A stretch of DNA of 64,000 nucleotides from Psammoneis japonica (taxonomy: Eukaryota): positions 121,681-185,680 of the forward strand of contig QPGO01000095.1 in the NCBI GenBank assembly GCA_008632985.1, read 5' to 3'. The notes beneath the pieces were generated by a model. It had not been told where the DNA came from and made no database searches. It saw only the letters and a list, made by a program, of their open reading frames with translations. The translations under genes were made by a program, and so were the position numbers. Positions 62,439 to 64,000 of the stretch are shown one piece after another (the first letter of the stretch is position 1; each line of letters begins with the position of its first letter).

Positions 62439-64000
62439 ATGGCCGATTGGTTTTTGATTGTAGCCATTGTCGTGGCACTCATCGTGTTGCTGGTTGTTGC
62501 CTTTTATTTATTGGTGTACTATCAACATCCCGATGACCGCAATGATGCATACTTTCCGAAAGCCGTCGTAGTAATAGGGTTTGTGATTGCGGGAGCAACC
62601 GTGTTGTTGTTGCCGCTCGATGTGGCGAATAATGAAAATTATCCAGGTATGAAAATTTCTGTATATGTGTAAGATTGACACGATTCATACAAAAACTCTC
62701 ATGGGGATGGTCTATTTTTCTTTTGCGTTTTAGGGTGCGAGGGATACGACACGGACCTCTGTGGTGGACTCAACATGCAACTCTTTTGGGACATCTTTTT
62801 CTGGCTTATTCCGATTTGGGTGTTTGTGCTCATTCCGTTTTCCACCTTTTATTACGAAGCGGACGATGGCATGCTCATGGCGGGCACTTCTGTTGCTCCA
62901 AATGCTGTGAAAAAGTCTAGATGTGCGCAAGCGCTCTGTGCTGAATTTGTCATCTTGGTAATCTTTGGACTCATTTTTGGATTGACGTACTTGTTCCTAA
63001 GCGACACGAAAGTTCCAGTCTGGGAATACCGCGGCGGGGCTGTGGTGAATGCAATCAATGCCCAAGTGGTCTACACGGTGGAACCGCGCATCAATGCAAC
63101 ATCTGGTGAGGTTCTTCCCTTTTCCACATCTCAGCTCGAGGATATGAACACCAATGATGGCAATTTTTTTTCTGGCAAGGATGATCCCACCTTTGACGGC
63201 GTAACGTTGACGGAAGGCAGTCCACACAAGATTACGGTTCAAGTCGACCCATCAACCTTTTTTGCAGGACTCATGGCGTGGCTAGGGTGGTTTTTATTCG
63301 CCATTTTTGGTGGTATAGGCCTGGCGGCGCTTCCGTTGGATTCAATTTTGGTCTTTAAAAACCGTCCCCGACACCTGGACGCGGTCGAGTTTGCCGATGT
63401 CAAGATGGGACTGCAGGAGAGATGCAATGAGCTGGTGGATATTGGAGAATTGCTAAAGATTGAACAAGATGCCAAATCTCAGCAAAGTGCTACTGGAGGT
63501 TTTTGGGAACGCCGCCGCGAGGCACAAGAAGACCGCAAGACGCTTTTGGAATTCAAACAGGCTGTCTACTTGCTCGAACAGGACGTTCAAGATTTTAACG
63601 CTGTGTCTGCCAACTATGAAAAGTACAATCCGCTCATTCCATACGCATCCCTCCTTGTTGGATTGGTAGCGATTGTACTGAGTATTTGTTGGATTTTACA
63701 GATTGTCTTGTACGTCTTGCCGGATCCTCCGGTGACTGGATTTCTCAATGACTATTTTGAGTGGTTTGACCGGTGGTTCCCGTTGTTTGGTGTTTTAAGT
63801 GTGGCGCTCTTCACCGTTTACCTGCTGCTGTGTGCCGTCAAGGGTTGCTTTAAGTTTGGACTCCGATTCATGCTGGTGGAGCTCCATCCCATGCGTGTCG
63901 GACGGACCTACATGTCATCGTTCATGTTCAACATTGGTCTGGTGTTGCTGTGTGCCTTGCCCGTGGTGCAGTTTTGTACGACAGCCTTTGCTAAGTACGC
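62439..64000 (+). CDS. LMBR1/LIMR-family multi-pass membrane protein, runs off the window; intron 62647-62733
   Basis: YLLVYYQHPDDRN.AYFPK, VLLLPLDVAN, IPFSTFYYEAD, GWFLFAIFGGIGLAALPLD and HPMRVGRTYMSSFMFN. The gtatga...tttag intron restores the frame. Confidence 0.9.

Overview
Eukaryotic genomic DNA, most likely from a diatom. This rests on bipartite signal+ASAF-type plastid presequences, short GT-AG introns and diatom CoDi-like Ty1/copia relics; the species cannot be determined from sequence alone. Ordinary gene islands hold plastid TerC, a MUB/UBL3-type protein, two unknown plastid-targeted proteins, an inverted pair of sulfatases, two secreted Pro/Thr/Ser-rich GACC-repeat proteins and an LMBR1-family gene. 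They alternate with sharply bounded repeat domains covering roughly two thirds of the window, in which TpA is almost absent, CpG is usually depleted and TpG/CpA dominate. Three internal comparisons show directional TpA->TpG/CpA change (A->G in 5'-TA on either strand): the two LTRs of a Ty3/gypsy element, conserved pol motifs with Tyr turned into Cys/His, and duplicated sulfatase flanks (TATATA vs CACACA). This is the reverse of fungal RIP, it appears to run ahead of CpG decay, and it spares duplicated host genes. It is the candidate undescribed genome-defence or hypermutation system. Most short ORFs in the track inside these domains are artefacts of TAA/TAG loss. All counts were made by eye and family assignments come from motif recognition, not database searches.
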